Assembly: GCF_018977255.1 (NCBI RefSeq) | Contig: NW_024704774.1 | Location: 1,054,001 to 1,118,000 of the forward strand | Direction: 5' to 3' | From: Callorhinchus milii | Taxonomy: Eukaryota | DNA: 64,000 nucleotides | Shown: piece by piece, positions 59,210 to 64,000 of the stretch | Numbering within the stretch: position 1 is the stretch's first letter | Layout: each line of letters begins with the position of its first letter | Made by a program: the position numbers and the translations under genes | The notes under the pieces: model-generated | Seen by the model: only the letters and a program-made list of their open reading frames with translations | The model's database searches: none | What the model was told of the DNA's origin: nothing

Positions 59210-59720
59210 GAATTATAATGGTCTCAGAAGCCTGGGGGAGAGGTAATAGTGGAGGCAGGCGATGTTACACAGATGGAGTTTAAAGGACAGTTGAGATTGG
59301 AAATTGTCACCGAGGTTCCACCCTGACTCCATGAGGTGAAGTTTGTCTGAAATGAGGAGGTTGTTAGAAGCCAAGCAGGAGATTCTTTCTCTTGTGTGGG
59401 AACTCAATAAAGTTAGGTCTTATCCAGGACTGAACGTCTGATAGCAGTGGTCTTGGTAGCGAGGAGGAGGCAGAGAGATAGAGTTTGTTGTTATCCCCAC
59501 GCACTTTAAATCAGCAAGCACGTTAGCCTCATGCCTGCGGATGAACAACTAAGAGCATACAGTCATAAAAGAAGAGAGGACCGAGGCTATAGCCAGGAGT
59601 AATATAACACGTGAAAATGCGGGAGGAGAATCTGTTGGCGGAAATGAAGTGGCCTCTTTTGGATACGTAAGAGCGAAACTAGGAAAAGACAAATTGGAGC
59701 AGAGAGATGGGGAAATGGTA
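59210..59720 (-). mobile_element. L2-type LINE RT fragment
   Basis: ASNNLLISDK...WNLGDNFQSQLSFKLHL resembles L2 RT-distal motifs. Confidence 0.6.
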
Positions 59721-59989
59721 CAAGATGTGGTGTGACTTTACAACCGAATAAAGTCCCACCACCACCAGAAATGTAGAATTCAGTGAGTATCAACGCTACA
59801 CTTTAGTCGAGCGATCCGAGCACAACAAATGATTCATACAGTGTGTGGAAAGCAAAATGGAAGTGTGGCTCGCTAGCCTCAGTGCACAGTGAACAGCTCG
59901 TCTTGCCCTTGGATGTTTGGTCACTTTTTGTTTCTTCACCTTTATATATAGATTGTAGAGGTGATACTGCCTCCAGTAGGTAATATGCG

Positions 59990-60200
59990 ACCGATTGTCA
60001 CATACGCTGACATTGTGATAATATTCCAACCCCAGCTTCCCCACCACTGTCACATACACAGAATCTGTGATAAAGCCCCAACAGTTACACACACAGACTC
60101 TGTGATAATTCCCCGACTGTTACATACAGAGCTTGTGATAATAAACCCACTATTACCTATACATATTGTGCTAATACACCCACTGTCATAGACACAGACT
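59990..60200. repeat. ~36-bp degenerate minisatellite (TGTGATAA...CCC...CACACAGAC)
   Basis: 5-6 imperfect copies. Confidence 0.7.
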
Positions 60201-60789
60201 CTCATTATTAACAGTTAAAAAAGGATCAGCCTTTAACCTCATCCGTCTCTTTGGGAAACATTTTCCCAGTCAAAGAATGTTCACTTCTGCAAGCTCCATT
60301 ACGAAGAAAGACTTTTGTCCCCATAAATGAAGGGAGATTCTCTGCGGCGAGGAGAGAGCCAAATCCAAAGAGGAAGAATTTCCATTTCTCAGTTTTTCTT
60401 GCACCTGTCACTGCTCCACGTCGGACGTTCAGAAGAGCTAGTAATTAAAGTGTGCCTCCACAATGAGGTTCAACCCAAAATCTGACTTAGAAGGAAGAGT
60501 GACGCTAATTGAGCCAGACTGGCCCCTTATTGCTGAATCCGGTGTTTCAGGAGAATGAGGAACATGGGAGTGATTATTCCTTCCCTGTTCCAGGAGATGA
60601 TGGTAAAACATTCGGGTCACCCCAAGGACTCGCCCCCACGTCCACATACTCACCGTTATGTATCACATTAAGTGAATAATGTGATTTCTCTATGATCAGT
60701 GGAACATCACGGAATTTAAGCGCTTGAGGGCTATTTTTGTGTTTCCTACTCAGCCATTTTGTTACTTGATTCACTGCGGAAATAAAACA

Positions 60790-61097
60790 AATAATAATAA
60801 TAATAATCCTTGCATTTGATATAGAGCTTTTCACGTCGGGAGGACCTCCCAATTGTGAATTGTCAAGTGAATTTACTGTATATTTGTGGGCCAATGCGAC
60901 AGCCAATTGCGCACAGCAATGTCCCACGAAGCGTCGTAGATTGAAAATGTCCAATTTGTTATTGGTTTTAGCTTTGGAGGGGTTATTGTTAGGCGTGTGG
61001 AGCTAGGAAACTTGCCCAAAGTTTCGCCTTGCCTGGAATTGAACTAAGGTCTCTCACTTGCAAAGCGAGTGCTCTAACCACTGAGCTGCAGGACTCC
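60790..61097 (-). mobile_element. Full-length DeuSINE-like SINE
   Basis: Reverse complement of consensus. Confidence 0.9.
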
Positions 61098-61319
61098 AAT
61101 AAACAACAAGGCCAAGCTCTGCGCTGGGTGGGAATCCTGGTAAAATAACAGACTCTTCGAAACTCCTTTTCCCATTATTTTTTTTAGCCTTGTACTGAAT
61201 ATCAACGGGCTGTCCCACATCAGGACAAGTAACGTAGAACCACATTCGAGCGTTTACGATAGGGTCTGAAGTTCAGAATGTGAAATATCATGCACCACGT
61301 TTGACACCTACTAACCGTT

Positions 61320-61630
61320 CTCATTAAATCATCACCCTGACCCTCCTTGCTAACTGATTGTCATCTTATCCCTTCCCATTAATCATCATCATCATCATCA
61401 GAACCCTCCACTCCAGGTCATCACCACGCTAGTCCTCGTCACTAAATTAGCATCAGTTTAACCCTCCTCACTATGTCATCATCATACTAACACTCCTCAC
61501 TAAATTTTCATCACCCTAACCGCCTCAGTAAATCATCATCTCCCAAGCCCTCCCAAGTGAATCATCATCATGTTACCCCTGCTCACTAAATCATTATCAG
61601 GGCCCTCTTTGCTAAATCATTATACATCGT
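61320..61630. repeat. ~29-bp degenerate minisatellite (CACTAAATCATCATCACCCTAACCCTCCT)n
   Basis: About 10 imperfect copies. Confidence 0.75.
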
Positions 61631-62929
61631 TACCTTTCTTTGACAGACCCACTTGAACGGAGAGAATTGTCTGTTGTTTTTTGCGCCAGAGCCACAGTCC
61701 CGGATTTGTGAGGAGCAAGAGAATTGAGATCAGCCCCATTTGGTAGAGATGATATGAGGCGTCAGAATCTGCAACAAGAAGAGTTGGAAATCAAGATGTT
61801 CATGATTTTCTAACCGCAATGTCCCGTGACCCCAATTCCCAGGGAAATCTCTACTTCTGCAATTATTTGTAGAGACTGCACAGCACAGAATAAATCTGCA
61901 CGATCCACAAAGGCTGTACCTGTGTTGCTACTTCACAGTGCAAGATGCTGTAATTAGTTTGCTGAATAATTTCTCAATCTATATTTGGGATGTTTATATA
62001 ATCGAAATATACGTTCAAACTGATGTGAGGGGAGCTGGTTGTGAAGAGCTTCGCAAAAGTTCGTTCTCAACGAAGAGACCAAAAGTGCTTATAAAAAACA
62101 AACGCTTTGCATTTCTTGTCAGCCATTGTCTCATGGAAACTGTCTGGAGCTGCAAAGAGCTATTTTTCACAAAGGAACCATCTTGAAACATACAATAAGT
62201 GATAGTCACGTCCCTAACTGTACCCACTGAGATCAATTCGAAAAGAGAATCGGGAGAAAGAATGGAGGAAGAAGAAAAAGTAATCGGAACTTGGAGTTGC
62301 TAACCATATTCCAGCTTTTAAAGAAGAAAGGTCAATATTACGATTTAAACTGGACATATTATAATACCTGTACAATTTCGCGTTATTATACTGGACCTAT
62401 AATACTACCTGCATACATTTGGGTGACTGGACATAGGATAATACCTGCATACTTCGGAGTGGTCTAACTATGAAATATTCAACAATATTTGAGTACATTT
62501 TTTAATATCCATTGAAATGGACACTACATTGAGCATTGCTCCTCTATCTCTTCCGCAGCATTTGGTTAGATCAACTTAAATCGTAATGTACTCTACGTGG
62601 ATGCATTAGCATCATAAAAGTGTACCCCTTAATTACTTATAGCTTTTAATTATCTGAATTAATAAATATCTATATTTTTGTGCAACATTTGTGTCAGTCC
62701 TTACTTCACCACAGGGTCACGAATATGCAATACCCTTTACAACAGGGTTCTTCACCTCCTAATCTTCACACAATGCTTATACTCTTAAGTTCCCCTCTCA
62801 CTCATATGAAGGTTTGGCTTCCCCTTGAATGTCTCAAATTATACTTGCGATGCTTATATTTTTGAGACACATGATCAATCTCGTTCAAGCAGTCTGATTC
62901 AAACACTGTTCCAGAGAGAGAGACCCACA

Positions 62930-63860
62930 TTCTCACTATATAATGCGTGAAATTCCTCCTAACTTATTTTGTGGATCCTATTGTTTCTAACTTATATTGG
63001 TGTCCCCTGGTTGCAGAGTCTCCATTTGGAGGAAAAGCTCCACTTACTTTAAACTTATCGAACTCTTTTTATAAGTTTGAACATTTAAACATAATTTCAT
63101 TAAATCCACACTTGGACATATTTTCTGCAACGAAACATGGCGTAACCTCTCCAGTCTAACCTACCTGCCCTGGTATCAGCCTCACAAACCCTCGCTGTGT
63201 TCTTCCCCTCGCAGTTCTACCGGTCTTATAGTGTGGAAAGTGAATTTGGACACAATACTCCAAAGGTGATCTATTCAAGATTTGCATTTATTCAACATCA
63301 CCTCCTCAGTTTTACAATCTATCCCTCTGATAATAAAGACCAAATTCCCATTGGCATTCTTGTAGCCTTGTTCGGCTTAGTAGCTACTCTTGGAGCTGTG
63401 TGGAAATGAATCTCCAGATCTCTTTACTCCTCCGCTCCTCTATGGTGGCCAACACCTTGAACACTTCTTTATTTTTCCTGTTGAAGTGAACTGCTTTGCA
63501 AGTTCATAGGTGAATCTTAATTTGACATTTTTCAACACATACTGCTGGACTCTTTACACCTTACTATATTTTTCTGAAATCCCCTTCATTGTCAACCATG
63601 TCCACAGTATGGTGTCGTCAATAAATCTTGACACCACGCTTCCTAAATTTGTATATTATATTTGCATGTTTGTAGCGATTTTTACACAGGGGAACACCAC
63701 TCACTACCTCGTTCCAGAATGAGGAGTTTCCTTTCTTTCACTCTTTCCTATCAGTTCTCTCATCATTTTTTAATCCATTCTGTAACGTCTATTATAACTC
63801 CATATGTACTGATTGTCTATTAGACCCTAACAGGGCACCTTATAAAGGTCTTCTGGATTT
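62930..63860 (-). mobile_element. CR1-type LINE RT and 3' fragment
   Basis: Minus strand WNEVVSGVP... and a decayed FxDDT region, followed by CR1 C-terminal remnants. Confidence 0.75.
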
Positions 63861-64000
63861 CCAGACACACCACATTCACTGCTTTAATTACTCTTTGCCT
63901 TTCATTGATCACAATGGGCAGACAAATAAAATGGGTATATCAACAAAATGTAATACAATTAAAATACTTTTTTTTGTATTGAGCCACCCATTATGTTTAT

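Overview
Vertebrate genomic DNA, almost certainly from a cartilaginous fish. The evidence is a NAR-TCR cassette plus abundant tRNA-headed, L2-tailed DeuSINE-like elements and CR1/L2 fragments; the species cannot be fixed from sequence alone. The first 20 kb is part of the V region of a TCR alpha/delta locus on the + strand. It holds three intact TCR V genes with a shared promoter and canonical 23-RSS, then a complete NAR-TCR cassette (leader, IgNAR-like V, 12/12-RSS D, 23-RSS J and a leaderless supporting TCR-delta V), then three V pseudogenes. From about 31 to 50 kb on the - strand is an apparently intact, roughly 974-aa type I membrane scavenger receptor of the CD163/WC1/SCART family. It has 7 SRCR domains, the first with the WC1 a1-like WGTVDG signature, and a tyrosine-motif-rich tail. 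This gene lies between the arms of a 3-4 kb diverged inverted duplication. The rest is SINEs, LINE fragments, a probable retroviral integrase relic and minisatellites. No TCR-delta/alpha D, J or intact C exon is visible in the window. Splice sites, RSS spacers and phases were counted by hand. Repeat boundaries are approximate, and family assignments are by recalled motif, not database search.
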